In this document: in pieces, positions 1 through 11,304 of the stretch
Layout: the number at the start of each line of letters is the position of its first letter
Numbering within the stretch: position 1 is the stretch's first letter
Origin: Eledone cirrhosa
Taxonomy: Eukaryota
Reading direction: 5' to 3'
DNA: 64,000 bases
Assembly: GCA_964016885.1 (NCBI GenBank)
Contig: OZ024744.1
Location: 41,416,001 to 41,480,000 of the forward strand
Program-made: the position numbers and the translations under genes
The notes under the pieces: model-generated
The model's input: the letters and a program-made list of their open reading frames with translations, nothing else
Database searches by the model: none
What the model was told of the DNA's origin: nothing

Positions 1-20
1 AGCAAGATAAATGCAACTGT

Positions 21-1430
21 AATAATAATAATAATAATGATTTCATTTATTAGCCACAAGGGCCGACATGTAGGGGACAATACAAAGACAGGGACAGTGG
101 GGGTTTACAATAAGGTCGAGTAAAAGTGCACAATGGCAAGACTAATTTAGCAATGAAAATATAAAAATATAAAATAAACTATGCATAAATATAACAAAAT
201 AAATTCCCCGATAGGGGGTGGACGAGCCTGGGGTGACTCGGGTACCCCACCAATCCTGAACCACCCTGCGCTTCTAGGGCACCCAGCGAGAGCACCCCTC
301 TCCTCAAGTTAGCTAGCCTATAGGCGTATGGTCAGAGTAGGCCCATTCACACGAGCCATTCTCGCCACATTCACTCACCTTTTAGCAAATGTACTGGGGG
401 GCAGCACTTCTCTCTCCACCCTCACCCTCCTTTCCAGGTGAAACTTGAAGAAGTTGATGAGGGATTGGCCGAAGAGAAAAGTGTCTGTCTTTAGTCCTTT
501 CAACCTGGTCCACCATATAATCTCTTTCGCAACTGCCACCAGACAGAGGAAAATTTCCTGCTCTTCCTGACCTAAGAAAGGCGGTGGATCGATCTTCACT
601 ATGGACTCGGACGATAGCCGGATTCGTTCCACACGGGACAGTAGCTGTTCGACATAACTCCACAAGTCAGTAATGCGCGGACATTGGACAAGTGCGTGCA
701 GAACGGTTTCGTCGTTCTGTGCGCATCTTGGGCAGGTCCGTCTGACAGGACTTTCGTGCCTGTAGAGTTTATCCCGAACCGGCAGTGCCCCCGGTAGCAC
801 TGCCAAGCGAGGGATTTCTGGAAATTGCCCATCGTCCCCGGCTCAAAAGTCCTCCGGTACAAACTGGTCAGTTTGACTTCGTCGAGGCCCAAAGCTGCTC
901 CAAGTGCGTCATCGCAGTTGCCCACCACTAATCCTCTATAGAACTCGAGAGTGGAAGTTCCACTGATCACATTGCTCGCTTGGTAGAGGGCAGTGAGTGC
1001 CTGGCAACATTCCAGGTGCCAGTCACCCAGTCTCGGTCTCTTCTTGACCCAGGACTGCAGCTCAGTCAAAGAAATGAGCTGCGGAAAGGCCCGTCTGATA
1101 AACGGCGACCACACCTGTTCACCGTTGAGGCAGAATATCTGGAGATGTCGCAGCCTCAACGCATGTCTGCGCATCATTAGCCACGGCATGGCAAGCCCTC
1201 CGCGTAGAGGGTGCTGGCAGCAGATGGACTGCCTCACCAACGGAACTTGTCCCCTCCACAAGAATTTGAAGAGGAGCCGTAACCAAATTGAAGAGGCGCG
1301 GACGGGGGCAAGGCATGACGGTCAGGCGGTAGTAGATGACGGACGCGATGTACGCATTCGCCACCTCCGTGCGACCTTTCAGTGATAGCTTCCTCCCAGC
1401 CCATTTTGGGGTGAGACTGGCTACTCTGCT
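21..1430 (-). mobile_element. Tx1/L1-clade LINE, 3' fragment (post-RT region and zf-RVT), frameshifted
   Basis: Overlapping minus ORFs 1119-1364, 599-1261 and 375-806 give 'ANAYIASVIYYRL', 'HPLRGGLAMP' and the CCHC motif 'CPRCAQNDETVLHALVQCP'. The minus strand ends in AATAAA plus an (ATT)n tail at ~21-50. Confidence 0.8.
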
Positions 1431-2362
1431 TGGTGGAATAAACGACTAAATGGTCAAATCAGGGAAATGAGAAATGACATTGGAAAGCTTCAGTCCCTAC
1501 TGAATCGGACACTAAAAAACATAGACACTAAAAATAGACGGGAAATAAAGTACAAAATTAGGAGGAAAAAGCTAAATATTATAATAGAGGAACTGAAGCA
1601 ACGCATTGTAGCAAAGAGTGCAAAAATTAGGCGATACGAGAGCAGAGTCAGTCAGTATAGACAGAACCGCATGTTTGACAACAACCAGAAGAGGTTGTTT
1701 GGACAGCTTGAAGGGAAAGAAAGTGGCAACGACTTGATCCCTGAAGCGGAACAAACTAAGACATTCTGGAGAGGAACATGGGAGCAGGATGTTAAACATA
1801 ATGACCAGGCAGTGTGGATTGAGACAGTACAAAAGGAGATTAGTGAACAGGCACACCAACAAACTGATTTGAGTATCACAGTTGAAACTCTTAGGGGGCA
1901 GGCCAAAAAACTAACCAAATGGAAATCACCAGGCTCAGATGGTGTGCAGGGGTATTGGATTAAAAATATAACATCCCTCTATCCGAAACTGACAACCATG
2001 TTCAATGACTGCTTGATGTCAGGTGAGGTACCAGAGTGGTTGACAAAGGGTACCACAGTTCTGGTAATGAAAGACCGAATCAAGGGTAATGATGTTACCA
2101 ACTATAGACCTATCACATGTCTGTCCGTAATGTGGAAACTGTTGACAAGCATTATGTCTGAGGAAATCTACCATCACCTGCACACAAACAACTTGTTACC
2201 GGACGAACAGAAAGGATGCCGAAAGAAGTCCCGGGTACAAAGGACCAGTTACTTATTGATAAGATGGTAATGAGGAATTGCAAGAGGAGACACACGGGTC
2301 TTGCCATGGTATGGATAGACTACAAAAAGGCATTTGACATGGTGCCTCATTCTTGGATCATA
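1431..2362 (+). mobile_element. R4/Dong-type (RLE-class) non-LTR retrotransposon fragment, N-terminal part of RT
   Basis: ORF 1467-2270 has 'KSPGSDGVQGYWIK', 'NYRPITCLSVMWKLLTSI' and '[10 protein letters not shown]', continuing after a frameshift into '[24 protein letters not shown]'. Truncated at both ends. Confidence 0.8.
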
Positions 2363-2476
2363 TGATTCCAGTTCCTCAGTGAAATAACAACCCAACCAGG
2401 AACTGGGCATATCAGAGTATTGACAAAGTTAAACGCATCAACAACATGTGTACTCGTCTCTACCACACTAATTTGG

Positions 2477-2531
2477 ACTGCCTGAAGAGGTTACAGCCAA
2501 AGATGGCTGTCACCGAAATATATATAGCAGT
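2477..2531 (+). ncRNA. Minimal type I hammerhead ribozyme motif in a probable Penelope-like 3' fragment (~2363-2642)
   Basis: ACTGC-CTGAAGA-GGTTACAGCCA/AAGA/TGGCTGTCACC-GAAA-TATATATA-GCAGT: 5-bp stem I, 10/11-bp stem II, palindromic stem III, AUA site. AATAAA follows. Confidence 0.75.
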
Positions 2532-2644
2532 AATAAACGAAGCCAAATTTGTTACTCCGGAGTAACCAAACCAACCTGCGCACCTCGTCGAGTGCTCCAA
2601 TCTGCATACTGAGGTGATGGTATACAACCAACATATACTCAAAA

Positions 2645-3134
2645 TTTATATATATATATATATTAATATAACAGATTAATTTTTAAGCAAAGAATCGTTG
2701 TTTTCACCCTTAACGGGATCTTCTGAAACTAAAAAAATCAATCTGTGAACGCAGAAATAAATATTTCGAAAAACGTACACGTTATATATATATTTACACA
2801 CACTATATATACATACACACACACACACACATATATAGCGACGTCAATGTTTTCATAATGTCATAATGCAGACAGTCAGGCATACAGACAGATATTATAA
2901 GGGCACGACGTTATAGCTATGTATCTATCTAAAAAGACAGACTAAGAAAGAGAGAGAGAGATCGCTAACTAGCGCCTAATGCGGTCCCTAGGGCATTGAA
3001 AATTTGAAATATTTTTTGCTCAAAATATTCACTCGACCATAAATATTACATGTATAAAATTTGAAAAACATCGGTTGGGTGGTTCTTGAATTTTAGAGGG
3101 ACAGGCAGACATTCTCTGCTTTAGATATATATAG
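2645..3134 (-). mobile_element. Partial non-autonomous Helitron-like element (5' half), same family as 3243-4079
   Basis: Colinear with ~3645-4079, including the terminal 'cagacattctctgctttagatatat' block. Confidence 0.55.
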
Positions 3135-3242
3135 TAATAATAATTGTTTCTACTATTGGCACAAGGCCAGAAATTACCCAGTACATTACTGGTACTTTAT
3201 TTTATCGACCCCGAAAGGATGAAAGGCAAATAATAGTAATAA

Positions 3243-4079
3243 CTATAAGAATGGCCCGGCGTTGCTCGGGATTCTAAACATAGATTGGTATGTTTATCCC
3301 TCCTTTCTGAAACAGTTTCGTCGTATGTTCACCAATTGATGCAGATCCTAATAAAAAGTGAAGTCGCCTTGGGTGAATAGGCAAATAATTTTCCATTAAG
3401 ATTTTTCAAAGGCATGTAATTGCGTTCCCTCTCTTTTTTGTTGTTGTTTTTGCTGCTTTCGAGACTCGTCAAATAAATACGTTTGTTTATATTTTGTTAT
3501 TATGTTTATATTTTGTTATTATGTATGCAGGATCCGGTGGTAGAGAGAGATGTAAGTGGTTGTACGTTGAGATGCGTGGCGTGTATAAGACGTGTAGAGG
3601 AATGAAGGATAGAGCGTAAAGGATAAAAATAAAAATAACAACAATATATATATATTAAAATAACAGATTAAAGTTTAAGCGAAGAAACGCTGCTTTCACC
3701 TTTAACGGGATCTTCTGAAACTAAAACAAAATCAATCTGTAAACGCAGAAGTAAATATTTCGAAAAACGTTACACAATATATATATACACACACACTATA
3801 GATACATATATACACACACACACAGATAGCGAAGTCAATATCGTAATGCAGACAGCCAGACATAGAGACATATATTATTAGGGCGCGACATTATAGCTAT
3901 GTATCTATCTAAAAAGACAGACTAAGAAAGATAGAGAGATCACTAAACGGTGCCTAATGCGGTCCCTAGGGCATTGCAAATTTGAAATATTTTTTGCTCA
4001 AAACACTCACACGACCATAAGTATTAAGTTTGAGCGAGTCAGGCAGACAGACAGACATTCTCTGTTTTAGATATATAGA
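3243..4079 (-). mobile_element. Non-autonomous Helitron-like element
   Basis: Minus strand begins TCTATATATCTAAAACAGAGAATGTCTGTC and ends with GC hairpin CCCGAGCAACGCCGGG followed by ATAG/T (one mismatch to CTAG). Confidence 0.6.
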
Positions 4080-4119
4080 TATATAAATTTATATTTATAT
4101 ATATATAAATAAAGAAATA

Positions 4120-4406
4120 AAATAAAATAAAATAAAATGGCGTAGACATACAATACAACAGGAAGAAACAAAATAGTACCATTGATGATGTTGCAGATGA
4201 GCAGCGAAAGAACATTGATAGACTATATATATATATATTTATATCTATATTTTTAACCGTTGGTCAATCAATGATAAATGTCGATTGCCAAATAAATTAC
4301 CTATGGAGATATAAAAGATACAGAAGTGAAAACCAACTAAACAGTGAGTGTGTTCTGTTATTATTTCTGGCAATATTATTACAACAATATGACCCTCCCC
4401 AAGTAT

Positions 4407-4411
<5 letters not shown>
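4120..4411 (+). mobile_element. Penelope-like 3' terminal fragment (family of 6948-8692) with decayed HHR
   Basis: Reverse complement of 6948-7260. Contains TTGATGA-TGTTGC..GCAGC-GAAA and the end motif 'tgaccctccccaagtataacaa'. Confidence 0.6.
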
Positions 4412-4445
<34 letters not shown>

Positions 4446-4449
<4 letters not shown>

Positions 4450-4865
4450 TAACAGCCGTACTAAGAGTGGGAAATTAAATTTCGTTTCATTTTTTCCGTT
4501 TATCGTTTTCGGTGCACCCAGCCGATTAACCCACTCGATATGCAAATTGGGCTACTCAGCCGTTAATATGCATAAGGTAAGTATATACGTTCAACAATCT
4601 GGCTGGAAGGTATACGTTGCTGACGATAGCTAATAAGCTTGAAACTAGTACAGCGTTCCTTTGTTAGTGTTGAACAAACGAGCAACGATGGTTGCTAGAC
4701 ACTACGGCTTAATACGGGATGTTTGTTTACAAACACACCGAGCATTATAATAAATGTTCGGTGAATCCATACGTACATATATATATGTGTGCATGTATGT
4801 ATATATATATATACATACTACTGTACGTCTGTATACATATATGTATGTACGTGTACATACTTATA
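4446..4865 (+). mobile_element. ~420-bp non-coding HHR-bearing repeat unit (retrozyme-like)
   Basis: Contains the HHR at 4614-4656. Homologous, circularly permuted pieces at 21656-21906, 42590-42696 and 43215-43303. Confidence 0.6.
4614..4656 (+). ncRNA. Minimal type I hammerhead ribozyme motif
   Basis: ACGTTG-CTGACGA-TAGCT/AATA/AGCTT-GAAA-CTAG-TA-CAGCGT: 6-bp stem I, palindromic ACTAGT stem III, GUA site. U.U at the base of stem II. Confidence 0.7.
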
Positions 4866-5380
4866 TATATTAGTAAGGAAAAGAAAATGCTGACAAATTT
4901 TTCCTAGTGAAAAATAGTTTAATTTGGAATAAGTATGAATTAGTAATAAGTATTGGTTAGTATTCAGTTTTAGTTTTAAATTTTTACCGGTTGCGCATTT
5001 CTAATGCTTTTCAAAAATAATTTTGAGATAGAGCGCTCGTGATGTTTGCTCTAATCAGATTAGAGCAAACATCACGAGCGCTCTATCTCAAAATTATTTT
5101 TGAAAAGCATTAGAAATGCGCAACCGGTAAAAATTTAAAACTAAAACTGAATACTAACCAATACTTATTACTAATTTTCGATCTGAGTTCAAATCCCGCC
5201 GAGGTTGACTTTGCCTTTCATCCTTACGGGGTCGATAAAATAAAGTACCAGTAATGCACTGGGTAATTGCTGGCCTTGTGCCTAAAGTAGAAACAATTAC
5301 TAATTTATACTTATTCCAAATTAAACTATTTTTCACTGGGAAAAATTTGTCACTATTTTCTTTTCCTTTTACTAATATAT
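4866..5380. repeat. Large fold-back palindrome centred at 5057, right arm interrupted by a SINE
   Basis: 4938-5056 is the exact reverse complement of 5058-5176. Outer arms 4866-4937 and 5306-5380 are imperfect. Confidence 0.95.
5177..5296 (+). mobile_element. SINE family A, 5'-truncated, with TSD ATTACTAATT
   Basis: Matches the family at 19005-19200. ATTACTAATT is duplicated at 5167-5176 and 5296-5305. Confidence 0.85.
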
Positions 5381-5437
5381 CACAACTCGTGTGTTACACC
5401 TCTATTTTTTTAAATATATATATATATATATATATAT

Positions 5438-5587
5438 ATTGTTATACTTTGGGAGGGTCATGTTGCCAATAAGTGAAAGCAACTGGTGCGTGTGTTTCTT
5501 ATTGGCAACATGACCCTCCCAAAGTATAACAATATCGGTTTCAACACACGATTTCAGATAAAGAATCTTGCTAAACAAATTCAGAAA

Positions 5588-5590
<3 letters not shown>
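5438..5590. repeat. Short fold-back of a Penelope-like 3' end (larger version at 39360-39634)
   Basis: 'gttatactttgggagggtcatgttgccaataag' inverted at 5438-5473 / 5498-5533. One arm is extended by ~55 nt. Confidence 0.75.
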
Positions 5591-5652
<62 letters not shown>

Positions 5653-6194
5653 ATATAATATAGAAATGACTTCTAGAGGACTAGAGCTGTTTCATTCGAA
5701 GGAAATCATCAGGCAATCAACTGTCAATTTGATATGGTGGTATTTATACATTTTCTGGTGGTAGCGGAAGGTGGTGATTGGCATGGGTGGAGGTCATTGG
5801 CTGATGGATTTAAAGAAAGGGGATACTTTGAAAAAACTATACTTAGAGAAAAAAAAAATTTATTATAAGTACAGATTAAAGTTTAAGCAAAGAATCACTG
5901 CTTTCACTCTTATGTGGGATCTTCTGTAACTGAGAAAAATCAATCTGTAGTCACAGAAGTAAATATTTCAAAAAACGTCACAACCGAAGGAAAACAGGAA
6001 GACAATATGTTGGTTCATGAAGACATTCTCTTGTGATGGACTAAAAATATGCGACGATAATTATGTCATTATGTCAAGTGAAAAGAACACATTTATGATA
6101 TTAAAAAAATCATTAGACTAATATTCTATATAACCAAACTATTTGCAGCTCTGGATTTGGAAAATTATATAAATAAGATTATTAAAGTTATCAA

Positions 6195-6387
6195 TAATAA
6201 TTGTTTCTACTTTAGGCACAAGGCCAGCAATAACCCAGTGCATTACTGGTACTTTATTTTATCGACCCCGTAAGGATGAAAGGCAAAGTCAACCTCGTCG
6301 GGATTTGAACTCAGATCGTAAAGAGACGTAACTATGCTGGAAAGCATGGCGTTCGACCCTCCACCGATACTGCCAATCCACCGCCCT
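6195..6387 (-). mobile_element. SINE family A (full length). Other minus copies at ~3140-3230, 6755-6890, 10525-10715, 32785-32975, 32985-33110
   Basis: Shared 'ggcggtggattggcagtatcggtag...gagttcaaatccc...aaagtagaaacaattatt' with A/B-box-like motifs. Confidence 0.85.
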
Positions 6388-6947
6388 GTATTCAATATAA
6401 ATAAAAGTAAATAATGATAAGAACATTAAAGTATTGTTATGGGACTTAGGCTCGTTCATAAGTATGCGTTAGCCAATGTAGGAGCATGCGTAAGTATAGG
6501 ATATGTTATATAAAACTATGTATACTTATACACGTGTGTATTCGTACATGTACACATGTTAGTGCCCATGAATATGTATGTGCTCGCACAAATGCATACC
6601 AAAGCGTACATATATTGTCTTCCTGTATTCCTCCGGTTGTAATGTTCTTTGAAATATTTACTTCTGCATCTACAGATTGATTTTTCTTGGTTTCAGAAGA
6701 TCCCGTAATAGGGTGAAAGCAGTGTTTCTTTGCTTACACTTTAATCTGTACATATAATTGTCTCTACTTTAGGCATAAGGCCAGCAATTACCCAGTGCAT
6801 TACTGGTACTTTATGTTATCGACCCCGTAAGGATGAAAGGCAAAGTCAACCTCGGCGGGATTTGAACTCGGATCGTAAAGGGACGTAATAAACTCTATGG
6901 GCTTTTATATATATATATATATGCTTTATATATATATATATATATAT

Positions 6948-8692
6948 ATTGTTATATTTGGGGAGGGTCATATTTGCGTAATATTGCCAGAATTAATAAC
7001 AGAACACACTCACTGTTTGGTTGGTTTTCGCTTCTCGCTGTCTTTTATATATATATATCTGCGATCTAACTTACTCGGTCCTCAATGTTGCCATTGACTG
7101 ACCGGCGGTCAAAAATAATACAGATACAATATAGACAAACACATATATATATAGTTTACATAATTTACATAAATCTTTCGTTGCACATCTGCAACATCGT
7201 CAGTGGTGTTATATTCATTGTTCCTCCTGTTGTGTTGTATGTCTACGCCATTTTTTTTTTGTTCAGTCTGTCTATATATTTATTTATTTATTTGCTTGTT
7301 TGTTTATCTTATTTTATTTTGTCTTCTTTGCGCATGCGTTTGCGTGTGTGTATAGTGTTATGTGTGATGTGTGACTAGTGTGTATAGAGTTGTGTCTGCT
7401 GGGTGACTAGTGTGTGTTTATGTGCTTGTGTATGTATTTATTTATCTTATTTAATTTAATTTAATTTACTTATTTATTTATACTTCTCTTAGGTCAGTGT
7501 TGTTTGTTTGGGTGTTGTTGTTGTTCCACTCATTCTTTCTGTTTAGCTTTGGTCTTCTAATTTCTATTTCACTGGCCTCTCTGATTTGCCTATCTGCTGG
7601 GTCATTCCTATGTTTAGATATTATTCTAATTTCTATGTTGTCTATGTTACCGTCATGTTGTTGTCTAGCATGTTCGTATAGTACTGATCCGTTTTTTCGT
7701 CCTTTTAGTTCCCCCCAGTGTTGGTCTATCCTTTCACCTATGCTACGAGCTGTCTCACCTATGTATGTTGTTGTCGTGTTTCTGCAAGTACCCTCTGTAC
7801 ATCTTATGCTATAGACTACGTTTCTAGTTTTACAGTTTATCCGGGGGTTCACCTTACATATGATACATTTCCTATTGGTACAGTGGGGTTTCTTAAAAGG
7901 GTAGGTTTTGCTGATCAGGGATTTTATGGTGGTTCCTGGCTTTTCTACCACCTTTATTTTTAAGTGGGTCTTTCTCAGGGCCTTTCTACACTGGTTAGCT
8001 AATTTCCCTCCAGGGGTGGCGTCCACAAACATGACACTCTGATATCTCTGGTTGTCGTACCATGATGTGGCCTTCCCTATCTTATGTCTAGCCGTATCTA
8101 AGCTATTCCATGATTTGCTCCTGTATAATGGGCAAATTCCTTTCATGTCCAGTTCTATGAGGGTCTTATACTTTTCCATGGCTCCTTCGTATACTCTGAC
8201 TCTGTCTCTTTGGTTGTAGCCAGAGAACTGCATGCGGTTGATGAAGTGTTGGATGTGTCCTTCCATTTCTGTTGGGTCGCACATGCTGGACACATTCTTC
8301 ATCACTCGTACCAAATCTGCGATCAGAATATTAAACTTAGCACTACTGGACATTGCTGAGTTTTTGAGTATCAGGTATTTGGAGGCCATGGGTTTAGCAT
8401 AGTGTGAGTGGAGAATTTGGGCTCTCTCGTCTATAGTGTTAATCCAGAGTTCTGTGTCTAATACAGGTAGTCTATTGTTAGGGTGTTTGGAAGGGAAGTC
8501 TATAGTTACAGTTATACTCTGGTGTATGGAATTAGCTATCTGCTGGATGCTTTCCATCGTGCTACGTTCTAAATCAAACTTGTTAGTGCTCTCTAGTGGG
8601 GGTGTTCTTATAACTATATTACGCAAATATGACCCTCCCCAAATATAACAATATCTGTTTCGACACACGATTTCATATAAAAAACCTCGCAA
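6948..8692 (-). mobile_element. Penelope-like element, 5'-truncated, with inverted terminal duplication
   Basis: ORF 7478-8692 has the RT C-terminus ('LPVLDTELW', 'HYAKPMAS') and GIY-YIG ('VVYSIRC..YIGETARSIGERIDQH'). HHR remnant at ~7168-7207. 8615-8692 is an inverted copy of the 3' end at 6948-6985. Confidence 0.9.
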
Positions 8693-8740
<48 letters not shown>

Positions 8741-8753
<13 letters not shown>

Positions 8754-9732
8754 ATTAAGTATGTGTGTGTGTGTATTACCTATAGGGGCCTTACAACCGA
8801 TTTTCATGAAACTTTACAGGCTGATAGATTAGCTATCGGGGAGTGTTTTCTATATATCAGCGTATCGTTTTTTCTATTCCGGGGTCATTCTACAGATAAA
8901 AATCGATATGGGGGTCACCTTTTTTTAGGTATCGAAAAATAAGATTTTTGGCTCTAGCTCCCATATTTTGCCATCGATTTCGTTCAAATTTTAAAGCAAA
9001 ATAGAATTTATCTTTGCACATCCTGTAATGGCTTTATATTTTGTATATGTTGTTCAGGGACGGTGTGGCAGGTGCTTAAATATTCAAAGATACCACTTTT
9101 AGACTGAAATTTCCACTTTTTCGGCTCTAGCTCCCACATTAATCAACCTACTTTGTTCAAATTTTACACTACGCTAGATCTGATTATTTCACGTCTTAAA
9201 GTGGCTTTAGATTTTGGGATTTTTGTTCAGGAACGGCGTGGCAGCCACTTAAATATTTGCAAATACCACCTTTTCGTTCAAATTTCCACCTTTTCGGCTC
9301 TAGCTCCCACATTTTTCAACCGATTTCGTTCAAATTCGAAACTTCGGTTCCACCTCACACATAAATCAATTTATTTGATTCAACTTTTATCCTACGATAG
9401 AACCTATCATTGCACATCTTATAGATGGTCAAAGGCAAAACGATGGCCACTGACGTCGTATGAACTTTTAGTTGTGTATTTGAGAATTCATCGATTTCCA
9501 ATCAAGTAGCGTGAGGAAATTTGGCTTAGTGTTAGAGGTCATTACCTCCCTCCCCCAGCTTGCCCCTTCGTCAGTCACCCGCATTTCTCAGTGATAGAGG
9601 TCATCACCCCACCCCGCATGGCTTGTGTGTGGCCATAGATGAGTCATCGAGAAGCAGTCGCTAAGATTAACACCTTTTCATCAAAGCAGATATTATTTTA
9701 CCTACCCAGGCAACGCTGGATACTGCTGCTAG
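8741..9732 (+). mobile_element. Non-autonomous Helitron-like element
   Basis: 3' hairpin CCCAGGCAACGCTGGA then CTAG/T at 9729-9733. Internal repeats of 'ggctctagctccca' at ~8950, 9123, 9296. Confidence 0.65.
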
Positions 9733-10041
9733 TAAATATATATAATCCTTATTGAGCATTCTTTGGATTTTAGTCTTTACATTTATTATTACTATATATA
9801 TATATATGAAAACGGAGAAAAAGACGATTATTAGGAAGAAATAAAAAAAAATGTTTTCCCTTTTTATTTATTTCTCTCTTTTTTCTGGGTTAGAAAATGA
9901 TTAAAACGAAATATATATATATGTGAGTCCTGGGTTCAAACGGGGAAATCTTTTCCTGGTGATGTCTTTTGAAAGAAACAGTTCTAGTCTTGTAGAAGCC
10001 ATTTCTATATTAAATTTTGTTTTTATATATATATAAATATC

Positions 10042-10294
10042 CAAAGAGGGCTCGATAAGGATAAATATATATCAAATATATAAGAACCGTAGAGCAAATA
10101 TTTATTAAAATAACAGATTAAAGTTTAAGCAAAGAATCGGTGCTTTCACTCTTAACGGGAGTTAGTTTCAGAAGATCCCGTTAAGGCTGAAAGCACCGAT
10201 TCTTTGCTTAAACTTTAATCTGTTATTTTAATAAATATTTGCTCTACGGTTCTTATATATTTGATATATATTTATCCTTATCGAGCCCTCTTTG
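10042..10294. repeat. Fold-back (~119-bp arms) of an HHR-like repeat family
   Basis: 10042-10160 is a near-perfect reverse complement of 10176-10294. The loop holds the AGTTTCAGAAGA core of the motif at 10164-10214. Confidence 0.9.
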
Positions 10295-10385
10295 ATTTTA
10301 GTCTTTAAATTTATTATTATTACTATATATATATATTATTCAAAATATTAACAAATGAAGATATTCACATAATCAAAATATATGC

Positions 10386-10448
10386 TTTATTATATATATT
10401 TCGAAGGTACTGTGTTGTTATTTTTCCAGTACGTCCTCGTCAGATAAA
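10386..10448 (-). ncRNA. Minimal type I hammerhead ribozyme motif
   Basis: Minus strand: TTTAT-CTGACGA-GGACGTACTG/14-nt loop/CAGTACCTTC-GAAA-TATATATA-ATAAA. Confidence 0.72.
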
Positions 10449-11034
10449 ATATATGATTTGATATATGACATACCTCTACGGTCTTGATATTTCAATTCCT
10501 GTATTGGCAGTGATTTATTTCATCTAATTGTTTCTACTTTTGGCACAAGGCCACAATTATCCAGTGCATTACTGGTACTTTATTTTATCGACCGCGTAAG
10601 GATGAAAGGCAAAGTCAACCTCGGCGGGATTTGAACTCAAATCATAAAGGGACGTAACTCTATGCTTCAAAGCATGGCGTCCGACCCTGTACCGATAGTG
10701 CCAATCCACCGCCAGTGGATTATATACCACAAATAATAATATGATAAACTTAAAGAAGAAAAGGACGATAATGAAGGGGCAGTCATCATATATATAACAA
10801 TAAAAGTGAGTAAAATCGAAGTTTCAGCAATGGCTAGCATCTCTTGAAAGAACAACCTTCGAAAGCTTTGCACGAAGCACTCAATAAGAGGATATCAATA
10901 AATCGATGAGTTATATTCCAGAGTAATAAACATATGTTAAACGTGTGAGAAACTGGAAATTGTGGTTAAGTGGAGAATACTACCGAAGCCATCACAACAA
11001 CGAAAATACAAACAGGTTGATATATGTATATATC

Positions 11035-11285
11035 ATCATCATCATCATCATCGTTTAACGTCTATCGTCCATGTTAGCATGAGTTAGACGGGAATTGTCC
11101 CACTTGAGGCAAGATTGATCGGGTGACTGTATCTCGCTCGTATAGGACTGCCTCTTGCAGGTTTTCTACGACAGGATGCCCTTCCTAACATCAACCACAT
11201 TTACAGTGTGGACTGAGAGCCTTTTTACCGTCTCTCATGTTAATGTGGAAGATAGACGTTAAACGACGACGATGATGATGGTGCT
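11035..11285. mobile_element. RTE 3'-UTR fragment with inverted second end
   Basis: (CAT)n-'cgtttaacgtctat' at the left and 'atagacgttaaacg'-(GAT)n at the right. Confidence 0.65.
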
Positions 11286-11304
11286 GATATATATAGTAGT
11301 AGTG

